From positions 75,420 through 139,419 of the forward strand of contig CAZUFC010000004.1 of assembly GCA_964619725.1 (NCBI GenBank): 64,000 bases of DNA, in the 5' to 3' direction. Position 1 is the first letter of the stretch. Every line of letters begins with the position of its first letter. Positions 38,652 to 47,714 of this stretch are shown in pieces. The stretch is from an uncultured bacterium (GTDB taxonomy: Bacteria; CSSED10-310; CAZUFC01). The position numbers and the translations under genes were made by a program. The notes below the pieces were generated by a model that made no database searches, was not told the DNA's origin, and worked only from the letters and a program-made list of their open reading frames with translations.

Positions 38652-39923
38652 TTGGAGGATTTACACTGGTTTGTCATTCTGTTGATCCTCTCAGGAATCT
38701 TCGCATATTACGAGATGCTTTTTAAAATCTTCTCTCGCGTGAAAATACGTTCCATGTTACAGGGAGAGATAGAGGAGAGAGAAAAGAATCTGAAAGAGAC
38801 ATTCGATTCGAGACTGCTTCAAATTTCCGTTCAGCTCGCTTTAATTCTCGTAAACATCCCCGTCGTCATATGGTTTTTTATTGTCGCGGAAGATTTAATA
38901 ATGAAAAATACGTTTCTGTGCCGATTGACTGCTTTCGGTTCCGCTTTTATCGTTCTCGCAATCTTGAACGTATTGTTGCCGGCTGCGTTGGTAAGAAAAA
39001 AAAGGTCCCAATTCACCGCTCTGGAAATTTATTTCCTTAAATTGGTTCATTATGTTTTTTGCCTGTTCAGCAAACCCATCTGGAAAATCATTATCTGGGC
39101 TCGATCCTTGAACAGCTTTCAGGAAGACTTCGATGCCTCAAAACAGGAAATGGAAACAGAAACCATTATCGACGTCGGAGAAGAAGAAGGCTTAATAGAA
39201 GAAAATCAGAAAAAACTGATGAACAGCATAGTGGAATTCTCCGAAACGGTCGTACGAGAAATTATGGTTCCCAGAACTGATATGTCCTGCATAGAGGTTT
39301 CTTCAAATCTGGATGATTTCAGAAGACTAATCATTGATACGGGTTATTCGCGTTTCCCCGTGTACGAAGGTAAAATCGATCACGTTATCGGAATCGTCAA
39401 TGCCAAAAATCTGTTCGCCTATTGGGAAGCGGAAAAACAATCCGCCTCCATTAAAGACTTTATGCGGCCCCCTTACTTCATTCCTGAAACGAAAAAAGTA
39501 ACCGATCTGCTCCAGGAATTCCAAAGAGAAAAAATTCACATGGCTATCGTCGTTGATGAATACGGCGGCGTCGAAGGACTGGTTACCCTTGAGGATATAC
39601 TTGAAGAAATAGTGGGCGAAATACAGGATGAATTTGATCATGAAACCGACACCTTGAAAGTGATCGATAACAACACGATTATTGTCGATGCAAGAATCAA
39701 CATTGAAGAAATTGAAGACTTTTTCTCTGTTTCCTTCCCGGAAGAGGACTATGAAACTGTAGGAGGCTTCATATTTCAGCAGACAGGAAAAGTCCCCGTG
39801 GTCGGAGAACAAATCCGCTTTAAAAGCTTGCTCTTTTCCGTGGATAAAGCCGATGACCGGCGCATTATATCCGTGAAAATACACAAAGTCGAAAAAGTTG
39901 ATGAAGTCAAAAGAAATGAATAG
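38652..39923 (+). CDS. Hemolysin/CorC-family CNNM-CBS protein
   Basis: N-terminal TM domain, VREIMVPR, GYSRFPVY, VVDEYGG..GLVTLEDILEEIVGEIQDEFD, and the CorC_HlyC motif YETVGG. Confidence 0.92.
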   Translation: MEDLHWFVILLILSGIFAYYEMLFKIFSRVKIRSMLQGEIEEREKNLKETFDSRLLQISVQLALILVNIPVVIWFFIVAEDLIMKNTFLCRLTAFGSAFIVLAILNVLLPAALVRKKRSQFTALEIYFLKLVHYVFCLFSKPIWKIIIWARSLNSFQEDFDASKQEMETETIIDVGEEEGLIEENQKKLMNSIVEFSETVVREIMVPRTDMSCIEVSSNLDDFRRLIIDTGYSRFPVYEGKIDHVIGIVNAKNLFAYWEAEKQSASIKDFMRPPYFIPETKKVTDLLQEFQREKIHMAIVVDEYGGVEGLVTLEDILEEIVGEIQDEFDHETDTLKVIDNNTIIVDARINIEEIEDFFSVSFPEEDYETVGGFIFQQTGKVPVVGEQIRFKSLLFSVDKADDRRIISVKIHKVEKVDEVKRNE

Positions 39924-40875
39924 CGCATCGAACGCTGATCATGATAAATCATTGCCGGAAGAGCAGCTTTTGCAAAACTCATCAGGATTTCGATCAGGAT
40001 TCATCAGCATTGTCGGCCGGACAAATGTGGGAAAATCAACCCTTCTTAATCGCATACTTGAAAAAAAAGTTTCAATAGTTTCAGATAAATCCCAAACGAC
40101 AAGACGGCTGATACAAGGAATACTTACTAAAAGCAATGCCCAAATAATCTTTATCGATACCCCGGGTTTCCATAAAGCGAAACACTCCTTGAATAAATAC
40201 ATGATGAAAAAAGCGGCTGAATCCGTCTCAGGTGTCGATGCCGTCGCTTATGTCATTGAACCTTATGAAAAAATCGGACCGGTCGATTCAGAAATTATCT
40301 TTCATCTTAAAAATTCCGACCTTCCCGTCTTGCTTTTAATCAATAAAATTGATCTCATTCCAAAAACCAACCTCTTGAAAATTATCGAAAAATACAATAA
40401 CGCTTTCCAGTTTAAAGAAATAATTCCCATATCTGCTCTCAAAGGTGACAACGTTTCACGCCTGGGCGAATCTCTGATCTCCACTCTCCCTCCTGGTCCC
40501 TTATACTTTCCAGAAAATACCATCACCGATCAGTCAGACCTGTTTTTCTTCTCTGAAATTATCAGAGAAAAAGCGCTTCGTTATACTTATTCAGAATTGC
40601 CGCACTGCATCGCAGTCAAAATACAAAACTGGAAACAAGACGAAAATAATAACGTCGACCTCATTAATGCCGTCATCTTCGTCGAAAAGCATTCTCAAAA
40701 AGTCATCGTCGTAGGAAAAGGCGGAAATAAAATCAAACAAATCGGTTCGGCTGCCAGGCAGGAGCTTGAGTTCTTCCTCGGCAATAAAGTTTTCCTTAAG
40801 CTTTGGGTTAAAGTAAGAAAAAATTGGCGAAATGATCAGAGCTGGATGAATATTCAAGGTATAACTGCCGTTTGA
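39916..40875 (+). CDS. era: GTPase Era
   Basis: GRTNVGKSTL, QTTR, DTPG, NKID, ISAL, KH domain (GKGG...IG), LWVKV..NWR. Confidence 0.96.
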   Translation: MNSASNADHDKSLPEEQLLQNSSGFRSGFISIVGRTNVGKSTLLNRILEKKVSIVSDKSQTTRRLIQGILTKSNAQIIFIDTPGFHKAKHSLNKYMMKKAAESVSGVDAVAYVIEPYEKIGPVDSEIIFHLKNSDLPVLLLINKIDLIPKTNLLKIIEKYNNAFQFKEIIPISALKGDNVSRLGESLISTLPPGPLYFPENTITDQSDLFFFSEIIREKALRYTYSELPHCIAVKIQNWKQDENNNVDLINAVIFVEKHSQKVIVVGKGGNKIKQIGSAARQELEFFLGNKVFLKLWVKVRKNWRNDQSWMNIQGITAV

Positions 40876-40910
40876 TTTCATAAAAAAGTTTCAAGGCTGA
40901 GCCAGGCAAA

Positions 40911-40958
40911 CCACTAGATTATGTATGCTGCTTCAATGTTCCATACTATATATCGTGT
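40911..40958. promoter_or_regulatory. Tandem NrdR-box-like palindromes
   Basis: CCACTAGATTATGTAT (40911) and ATACTATATATCGTGT (40943) against the consensus acaCwAtATaTwGtgt, 32 bp apart start to start. Confidence 0.55.
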
Positions 40959-41028
40959 ATAAAGTTGTAAAATTTAGCTAAGTTTTTATAAAAAAAGAAA
41001 AAAATTATGCCGCAGGCTCATTTCCGGC

Positions 41029-41057
41029 TTGACAACGCCCATGAAATGGTATAGATT
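41029..41057 (+). promoter_or_regulatory. Putative sigma70 promoter of the mraZ/ftsA-like pair
   Basis: TTGACA-N17-TAGATT. Confidence 0.55.
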
Positions 41058-41165
41058 GGAATACAGAACCTGAATTTCCCATTTATAGGCATTTCAATGT
41101 GGGGCGGGAAAGAGGTTCAATTTCCTTTACCGACAAGTCCGTTAATTTTTTCAAAGAAGGAAGCG

Positions 41166-41579
41166 ATGGCCGCATTTTTCGTGGGAACATATCGCCACGG
41201 CATTGATGAAAAAGGCAGAACATCGATACCCTCGAAATTCAGGCAGGCTGTGGAGGAAAATGCGGGGAACAAGCGATTGTATTTATTACCCAAAGAGGAA
41301 CACTTAGAGGTTTATACGAGCGATTTGCTGGAAAAGATAACGGAAGGATTCGATCCTCAGAAGTTATTCGATAAGAAGAATTTAATTGAGATGCGCGAGA
41401 AGGCGCGAAGATATGTTGAATTGAGTTTCGACAAGCAGGGTCGCATAAGTTTGCCCGAAAATTTCAGGCAATGGTTCAAGGATGAAGAAGAGGTTGTTTT
41501 TATTGGATGTTTTCAAATATTCGAGATATGGCCGAGCGTGAGCTGGTCGAAGAATCGAGCCGAGGGCATTGAAGAATAA
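41166..41579 (+). CDS. mraZ: MraZ-family transcriptional regulator
   Basis: F.GTY.H.IDEKGR..IPSKFR and a second repeat D.QGRI.LP...R...V..IG....EIW. The ATG at 41166 follows GAAGGA. Confidence 0.85.
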   Translation: MAAFFVGTYRHGIDEKGRTSIPSKFRQAVEENAGNKRLYLLPKEEHLEVYTSDLLEKITEGFDPQKLFDKKNLIEMREKARRYVELSFDKQGRISLPENFRQWFKDEEEVVFIGCFQIFEIWPSVSWSKNRAEGIEE

Positions 41580-41591
41580 GGGGGAATAATT

Positions 41592-42920
41592 ATGTTCAGG
41601 AGCGTATTGAGGAGGCGTCGAGAATTAAAGCTTCGTCAATTTTTAGAAAATGCTGAATTGTCATGTGAAAGGAACGTAGCCGGTTTAAGCATAGGTGACG
41701 GAGAGCTAAGCATGGCGATTTGTCGAATGCAAGATCATAAGGGGATGTATCCATTGGCTTACAGTAAAGCCAAGCTGGGCTTAGGTCGGCATTACATACC
41801 GTCGCTGGACGATATGACGGCGGCGATACAGAATTGTTTCGATCGAATCCGGATGCATTGCAGGATGAATTTCAGTCGTTTTTATCTTGGCATACCGTCC
41901 TGGGACATCAGTTATCATGAAACCGGCGTAGAGATACCGATAGAGGGAGAGGTATCCCGGATCAATGAAAAGCATGTTGAAAGGTTGATGGACAAGATAA
42001 GAAAGAATTCAATTCCTGAGAGTTATGTAGTGTTGGACATTATACCCCGTTATTTTGTTTTGGACGACAAGCGGAGTGTAAGGGATCCCGTGGGCATGCA
42101 TGCGGAGAAGTTGAGTTTGCAGGCTTTATTGATATGCGCTGACGTGGGACTTGTGAATACGATATTGGAATGTCTTCAGAAATTAGGAATCCGGGTCGAT
42201 CAAATGGTATCGGCTCCAGTAGCGGCGTCAACGGGAACGTTAAGCGAGGAGGAGAGGGAAACGGGCGTTGTTCTTGTAGATGTAGGACAGATGAGCGCTT
42301 ATTGCAGCTTTCATTATCATCGTCAGATGTTCAACATAACCGCTGTCGATATGGGAGGACATCGTATTTCCGAGAACATTTCAAGGAGCATAGGTACAAG
42401 TTACTTAGAACTGGAAAGGATTGTTCAGGGTAAGGAGCAATGGATGCTTGACGATTCTGTGGATTCAAGAGCGTTTTCGGATTCGATGACAAGATATCCT
42501 TTGAAGACTGTATCGACGTCTCAATTTCATGAGCTGATCAAATTGTCTTCAGAGGAAATGGCTTCTTTATTATTCGAGAATTTGAATGTAGCTCAGGGAC
42601 ACATGGATTTTGCTACTGCCGGGATCGTCTTCATAGGAGAAAACTATCTTTCATTGAAGGGAATTTACGAGGTTACCAAGAGCCGGTTGGGTATGCCCAT
42701 AAGAATCGGCAATCCTCAAAATATCAGCGAATGTCGAAACGGGTTTATCGATCCTTCTTATGTCCGTCTGTCAGGATTAATCATGCACAGTTGGTTCAAC
42801 AAATCCTTCGAGCATTACTATTTAAAGAAATACTACGAATCTCCGGTTCAATATTTACACAAGGAGTACCGGACTATTTTAAAAACGAAGTTAATCGGTT
42901 TTATTCAAAACCGTTTTTAA
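41592..42920 (+). CDS. FtsA-like protein with degenerate nucleotide-binding motifs
   Basis: SHS2/1C insert (IP..F.LD...V.DP.GM....L), L.EEERE.GVVLVDVG, GG..I...I, P.RIG.P and a C-terminal amphipathic helix. The phosphate and adenosine loops are altered. Confidence 0.8.
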   Translation: MFRSVLRRRRELKLRQFLENAELSCERNVAGLSIGDGELSMAICRMQDHKGMYPLAYSKAKLGLGRHYIPSLDDMTAAIQNCFDRIRMHCRMNFSRFYLGIPSWDISYHETGVEIPIEGEVSRINEKHVERLMDKIRKNSIPESYVVLDIIPRYFVLDDKRSVRDPVGMHAEKLSLQALLICADVGLVNTILECLQKLGIRVDQMVSAPVAASTGTLSEEERETGVVLVDVGQMSAYCSFHYHRQMFNITAVDMGGHRISENISRSIGTSYLELERIVQGKEQWMLDDSVDSRAFSDSMTRYPLKTVSTSQFHELIKLSSEEMASLLFENLNVAQGHMDFATAGIVFIGENYLSLKGIYEVTKSRLGMPIRIGNPQNISECRNGFIDPSYVRLSGLIMHSWFNKSFEHYYLKKYYESPVQYLHKEYRTILKTKLIGFIQNRF

Positions 42921-42931
42921 AGATACGAAAT

Positions 42932-43798
42932 TTACAGGGATAAAAGTCCGCCGATTTCAGCTTTTCCGAATTTCAAAACAACATAATTTTTGGGGAGTAA
43001 CCCGTATTTTTTGAAGAAACGATAACCTTCGATGGACATAATGCGGGATATAACCAGGTCAGCGGCTTTTTTGTTTCTGGAGTAATTCGTCTTGTAAATA
43101 TCTAATGTGCCGATCCGAGGGACTTTGAAGAAATCGCCGGCCAAAGGGTCAATGATATCGACTGCGGATTTGAAGATTCGGTGAAGGCTTCTCCAGCCTA
43201 TACCCACATCGGCTTTTCCAGAAGAAATTTTTGCGACCATATCGATTTCATCGCGACAGAGAACTGTTTTGTCTTTAACGTCCTGGAATGAAATACCGTT
43301 TTCTTCCAGTATTTCCAGTGAAAAAGCGCCCAGATCACAGGAGTTTTTTTCGACAAGAGCGAGTCTGACGTTTTTTTCTAGGATGTCTTGTATGCGGGAT
43401 ATGCGGGTTGGATTGCGTTTCTTTATAATAAGCGCGGGAAGGAGGTAAACGGGCGTGGAACGTGAGGAGATGTCGATCAGTCCTTTTTCCATGAGGGGAT
43501 AGTAATAATCCGGGGAGGAAGTTATCAGTATGTCGCAAGGTTTTTTTTCGGATATATTGTTGAAAATGACCGAGTTGTCAGCAGGATGAATTTTCGATTC
43601 TACGTCGGAATTGAATTGAAGCTTGCTTTGAAAATCTTCCAGAGGATACCTTGCAATGTTATCGATATAGCAGTGAATGATGCCTGGGGGAATGACCGGC
43701 GCGATAATGCGGCTAAGAAACGGATCGCTGAAAAAAGAAAGAGACAAAAAAAACAAGCCGGAAAATAAAAAAACGATGAAATTTTTCTTCTTTCTCAT
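42932..43798 (-). CDS. Divergent ModA-like substrate-binding protein
   Basis: Signal/TM segment; DILIT.S, LI.K.NP..I....D.....VRLA......G, G.ADVGI.W, FI.S.EG...F..YG resemble the molybdate SBP family. Confidence 0.6.
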   Translation of the reverse strand: MRKKKNFIVFLFSGLFFLSLSFFSDPFLSRIIAPVIPPGIIHCYIDNIARYPLEDFQSKLQFNSDVESKIHPADNSVIFNNISEKKPCDILITSSPDYYYPLMEKGLIDISSRSTPVYLLPALIIKKRNPTRISRIQDILEKNVRLALVEKNSCDLGAFSLEILEENGISFQDVKDKTVLCRDEIDMVAKISSGKADVGIGWRSLHRIFKSAVDIIDPLAGDFFKVPRIGTLDIYKTNYSRNKKAADLVISRIMSIEGYRFFKKYGLLPKNYVVLKFGKAEIGGLLSL

Positions 43799-43838
43799 AA
43801 TATTTAGAGCAATTCAGAAGAAAATCCTAAGTTTTCGT

Positions 43839-44423
43839 TCAGATGAAATCTCTAAAGAGTTCCGGACGAGGACCAGGAATAACTACTTTATTGACGAGGA
43901 CGCCTCTTGCGCCGGCAAGTTCAGCCCCGGCGTTTATTGAAGACTGCACGGCGGCCACATCTCCGGTCAGCAACAAATACCCTTTTCCGCCGATAGCCAT
44001 GCAAACGTGAACCCGGAAAAGTTTAACCATGGCAGCTTTTGCTGCAGCATCTGCGCTTTCGATGATGGAGGCGGCCGAGAAGGTTTCAATGATACCCAGA
44101 GCCTTCATATCTTCCAGTTCCAGAAGTGAAGTACAGGTGATGGCCGGAAAAATATCCGGATGAACATTCGGAATAACAAGGCTTTCAATGATCTCAGCTC
44201 CTCCGGTTTGAACGCCTGCTCTGACTGAAGACTCTACCGGACCCACCATTCCGCCCACAATAACGATATATTTTCCGGAACAAACCGTACGGGCTGTAAT
44301 AAGCGTAACTTCAGCGGCTTTAAGCATGGCATCTTCTGATTCATAACCGGCAGCAATACTTGATAATTCAATCATACCGATCGCTGTAAGCGAATATCCC
44401 TTCGTTTCACTCTCATTTCTCAA
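43839..44423 (-). CDS. pduT: Tandem-domain microcompartment shell protein, PduT-like BMC-T
   Basis: AIGMIELSSIA.G...D.MLK, TVCSGKY (retains the Fe-S ligand Cys), ALGIIET, ADAAAKAA, IGGKG, GDVAAV. Confidence 0.9.
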   Translation of the reverse strand: MRNESETKGYSLTAIGMIELSSIAAGYESEDAMLKAAEVTLITARTVCSGKYIVIVGGMVGPVESSVRAGVQTGGAEIIESLVIPNVHPDIFPAITCTSLLELEDMKALGIIETFSAASIIESADAAAKAAMVKLFRVHVCMAIGGKGYLLLTGDVAAVQSSINAGAELAGARGVLVNKVVIPGPRPELFRDFI

Positions 44424-45762
44424 TTCTAATCTCCTTGTTGTCGATATGAACTACTTTTCCAGAAATTGATGCGTGAACAGGCGCTCCCAGTGCATCGGCG
44501 GGAACATCGGCAATTAATTGCCCTTCCTTTACCGTGTCGTTCTTTTTTACTATGGCTTGAGCAGCAACGCCTATGTGCATTTTCAGGGGCAGAACGACAC
44601 GGTCGCATTCCATCTTGTGCTTCATCAGCGGTCCTGTATTTGAATAATCCGCCAAGCCCAATTGTTGAATAATCTTCTTCAAAGGAGCGCGTCTTTGCTT
44701 GATCAAGGGGTGAGGTTCCGAAAGCGGATAGCTCTGTTCGTATTTTAAGCCTGCATTCTGCGCTTCTTCTTTGAACATTATACTTACATTGCGCGGGTCC
44801 AGGTTTTCAGGACAAGAGAACATGCTGCACAAATTACAACCGCTGCAAAACAGATTGTGAGCCGTGTAACCTTTCTCCCATCCTTTAAACATTAGAGCAC
44901 GCATAGATAAATGGGGTTGAATGGGATGTCCGACAAGATATCGGGGACATAGCTGAGTACAAAAAACGCATTGATCGCATGCTGATTGACTTAATTTCCT
45001 CGAATGCTCCAGCGGTCTTCGGTACCTCCGTATCAGCGGATGATCGACTGGAAAAACCAGAATAGCTCCGCATGTTTTGGTTACGGGTGTCGCCGCATCT
45101 TCCACCAGATTGCCCATCATCACGCCGTCGGATAGAATTTCATACGGTTCGTCCAGGTTCAAACTACCAGCAAATTTCAGGACATCCTCCATGAGCATTC
45201 CCAGCGGCACTTCCACGGTAAATGGATTTTCCACCGCGCCGCCCACGGTCAGAAACTTCGAAGTGACAGGAACATTCCTGCTTACGTTGTATACCGTCTC
45301 CACATTCTGGACGATCGCACCGACATCAATGGGCAAACCTCCCGGCGGAATAGCTTTACCCAGGATTTCATGTACCATGATGACTTCATCGCCTGCAGGA
45401 TAAAAATCATCAAAAGGATAAATCTCCATCTCATCGGGAATCATCGCTTCAAGCTTTTCTATCAGTTCCTCGTTTTTTTTCTTTATTCCCAGCACAGACC
45501 TGGAAGCTCCCACCATGCTTTGTATGGTCATCATCCCAGATAAGACCTCCAGCATGTAATTTTCCAGTATCTGCTTGTCTTTATGCAGAAGCGGTTCGCA
45601 CTCAGCCGCGTTTAATATCAGGACATCAGCCCAGTTTCGCAGCTTGGCGTAAGTCGGAAAACCAGCCCCGCCGGCTCCGACGATTCCATTTTTGCGTATT
45701 GATTCGACGGTAACTTCCGGATTTGTCGAAACTCTCTCTGCGCCTTCTATTCTATTCATCAT
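44413..45762 (-). CDS. pduS: PduS/RnfC-like flavin Fe-S oxidoreductase
   Basis: GIVGAGGAGFPT..K, NAAECEPLL..D, YPAGDE, NVET, an SLBB domain, two CxxCxxCxxxCP motifs, and a C-terminal sandwich domain (PL.MHIG...HASISG). Confidence 0.9.
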   Translation of the reverse strand: MMNRIEGAERVSTNPEVTVESIRKNGIVGAGGAGFPTYAKLRNWADVLILNAAECEPLLHKDKQILENYMLEVLSGMMTIQSMVGASRSVLGIKKKNEELIEKLEAMIPDEMEIYPFDDFYPAGDEVIMVHEILGKAIPPGGLPIDVGAIVQNVETVYNVSRNVPVTSKFLTVGGAVENPFTVEVPLGMLMEDVLKFAGSLNLDEPYEILSDGVMMGNLVEDAATPVTKTCGAILVFPVDHPLIRRYRRPLEHSRKLSQSACDQCVFCTQLCPRYLVGHPIQPHLSMRALMFKGWEKGYTAHNLFCSGCNLCSMFSCPENLDPRNVSIMFKEEAQNAGLKYEQSYPLSEPHPLIKQRRAPLKKIIQQLGLADYSNTGPLMKHKMECDRVVLPLKMHIGVAAQAIVKKNDTVKEGQLIADVPADALGAPVHASISGKVVHIDNKEIRIEK

Positions 45763-45786
45763 TACTTTCAGTATTTCCCGCTCAAA

Positions 45787-47481
45787 CTAAAGGTTTGTAA
45801 AATTGGGCCCGCTGCCTCCTTCGGGAGGTTCCCAAATTATGTTATTGTATGGATCAACAATAACGCAAGTCTTGCAATGGAGACAATTGGAAGGATTAAG
45901 TTTCAGTTTGAATCCATCCTCGGAATCACATTCATTTTCGTAGACCTGCGCCGGACAAAATCTTAAACAGGGATTCCCATATTCCCTGAAGCATTTTGTC
46001 GAACATATTTCTTCATTAATCACGCTGATATGAGAAGGCTGATCTTCCTCATGCGTAATACTTGCGTTGTATACGTCAGTGAGTTTGTCGCAAGTCAGCT
46101 CGCCGTCCGGTTTAAAATCGTTCTTATCGTTTTCACGACTTTCTTTTCTCTCCGCCGACTTAACCATTCTGGAATTATCAGGCGAAATCGGCAGTCTGTT
46201 TTTCAAACCTCTTCCGCCGAGAAGCCAATGTAATCCGGCTTTGGCGACGCCATAATAGACGCCTTTCTCGAAACATTGCCGGAAATTTCTTGAGCCGTAT
46301 AGTTCTTTTTCGATCCAACTTTCCTGCATTTTTTTATTGAAATTTTCCTGCAGCCCGATGGAATAATCATCATTCAACATTGCATCAAAAACGGCCTCGG
46401 CAGCTATCATTCCGGATTTAATCCCTATGTGAACGCCCTTGAGGCGTCTCGGGTTCAGTAATCCTGCTGCGTCGCCGATAACCAGAACACCCTCTACAGG
46501 CGATTTTGTAACTGAATAGTACCCGCCTTCGGGAATGGTTTTGGCGCCGTAGTAAAGGTTTTCTCCGTTTTCGAGTAATGAGCCGATCAAAGGATGAGTT
46601 TTGAACAGTTGAAAACGCTGATGAGGGTCCAGATAAGGATTTTTGTAGTCTAAACCGACAGCCAGCCCGATGCTTGCCAGATTATTGTCCATAAAATATA
46701 TGAATCCGCCGCCATAGGGATTGTTGCCCAGCGGCCACCCAAAAGTATGAATTACTCTCCCCGGACTAACCTTCTCATCAGACAGCTTCCAAACTTCTTT
46801 AATGCCTACAGCATAAACCTGGGGATTTTTCTCGTCTTCCAGATCAAACTTCTCTTTTAATTTGTCCGTAAGCGAACCTTTGCTTCCTTCACCTAAAATC
46901 GTTATTTTTGAGTGAATATCAGTTCCAGGCTCGAAATTGCTTTTCCGTTTGCCATTCTTGTCGATTCCTTTTGCACCGGTTCTTACTCCAATTATTCGTT
47001 CAGATGAATAGAGAAGCTCATTCCCGGAAAATTCCGTTAAAATTTCAACGCCTTCCTCTTCAGCGATTGAGCCCATCCATTTCATGAATTTGTTTAAAGA
47101 CAGGATGTAATGGCCTTTATTTTGGAGAAAAGGCGGAGCGTAGGGCAACCTGAATTTGTTTTTTTCCGTGAGAAAGTATACGAGGTCTTCTTTTACGACC
47201 GTTTCCCGGGGGAATCCCCGTTCTTGATATTCCGGGACCAATTCCTGCAACGAACAAGGATCAAGCACGGCTCCTGACAAACTGTGGGCCCCGATATACT
47301 TGCCTTTCTCAATAACCATTATCAAGGGCTCTTCTATCTGTTGTCCCTTTATTTTTCCTTCGTCGACTGATTTGTTGTGTTTTTTAATGAGTTGAGTTAA
47401 ATGAAGGGCGCCGGCGATGTTGGCAGGGCCGCCCCCGACAAACAGCACGTCAACGTCAAAAATTTCGTTTTCGACGGACAT
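45787..47481 (-). CDS. Electron transfer flavoprotein-quinone oxidoreductase (ETF-QO)
   Basis: DVLFVGGGPA, EKG..IGAH.LSGA, GIKEVW, YGGGF.Y, GDAAG, KGVH, HEEDQP.H, RFCPA.VYE, NCLHCKTC...DP..NI.W.PPEG. Confidence 0.94.
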   Translation of the reverse strand: MSVENEIFDVDVLFVGGGPANIAGALHLTQLIKKHNKSVDEGKIKGQQIEEPLIMVIEKGKYIGAHSLSGAVLDPCSLQELVPEYQERGFPRETVVKEDLVYFLTEKNKFRLPYAPPFLQNKGHYILSLNKFMKWMGSIAEEEGVEILTEFSGNELLYSSERIIGVRTGAKGIDKNGKRKSNFEPGTDIHSKITILGEGSKGSLTDKLKEKFDLEDEKNPQVYAVGIKEVWKLSDEKVSPGRVIHTFGWPLGNNPYGGGFIYFMDNNLASIGLAVGLDYKNPYLDPHQRFQLFKTHPLIGSLLENGENLYYGAKTIPEGGYYSVTKSPVEGVLVIGDAAGLLNPRRLKGVHIGIKSGMIAAEAVFDAMLNDDYSIGLQENFNKKMQESWIEKELYGSRNFRQCFEKGVYYGVAKAGLHWLLGGRGLKNRLPISPDNSRMVKSAERKESRENDKNDFKPDGELTCDKLTDVYNASITHEEDQPSHISVINEEICSTKCFREYGNPCLRFCPAQVYENECDSEDGFKLKLNPSNCLHCKTCVIVDPYNNIIWEPPEGGSGPNFTNL

Positions 47482-47580
47482 CAAAATTCTCCTTTAAACA
47501 GTTTTTGAAAATCGGCATCATTTTCCAAATATAATTTCCTTTTTTGTTCGGATAATCAGCAAAAGCTGGATTATCGCGTC

Positions 47581-47610
47581 ATTATGAAAGCGTGAATCCT
47601 TATTTGTCAA
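47581..47610 (-). promoter_or_regulatory. Putative sigma70 promoter of the ETF-QO/pduS/pduT operon
   Basis: Minus-strand TTGACA-N18-CATAAT, about 100 bp upstream of the start. Confidence 0.5.
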
Positions 47611-47714
47611 GCAAATTAACCGCAAATCTCTGGACATTCTTCCCAAATCGTTATATAGATCAATAATGGAGAAATTCGTAACGACCATAACCAGTATATT
47701 TTCTTTTTCCCAAA

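Noticed and set aside
41080-41120. MraZ-binding repeats
   Set aside because: Only one clear GTGGG; the neighbouring GG motifs are 13 bp apart rather than the usual 10.
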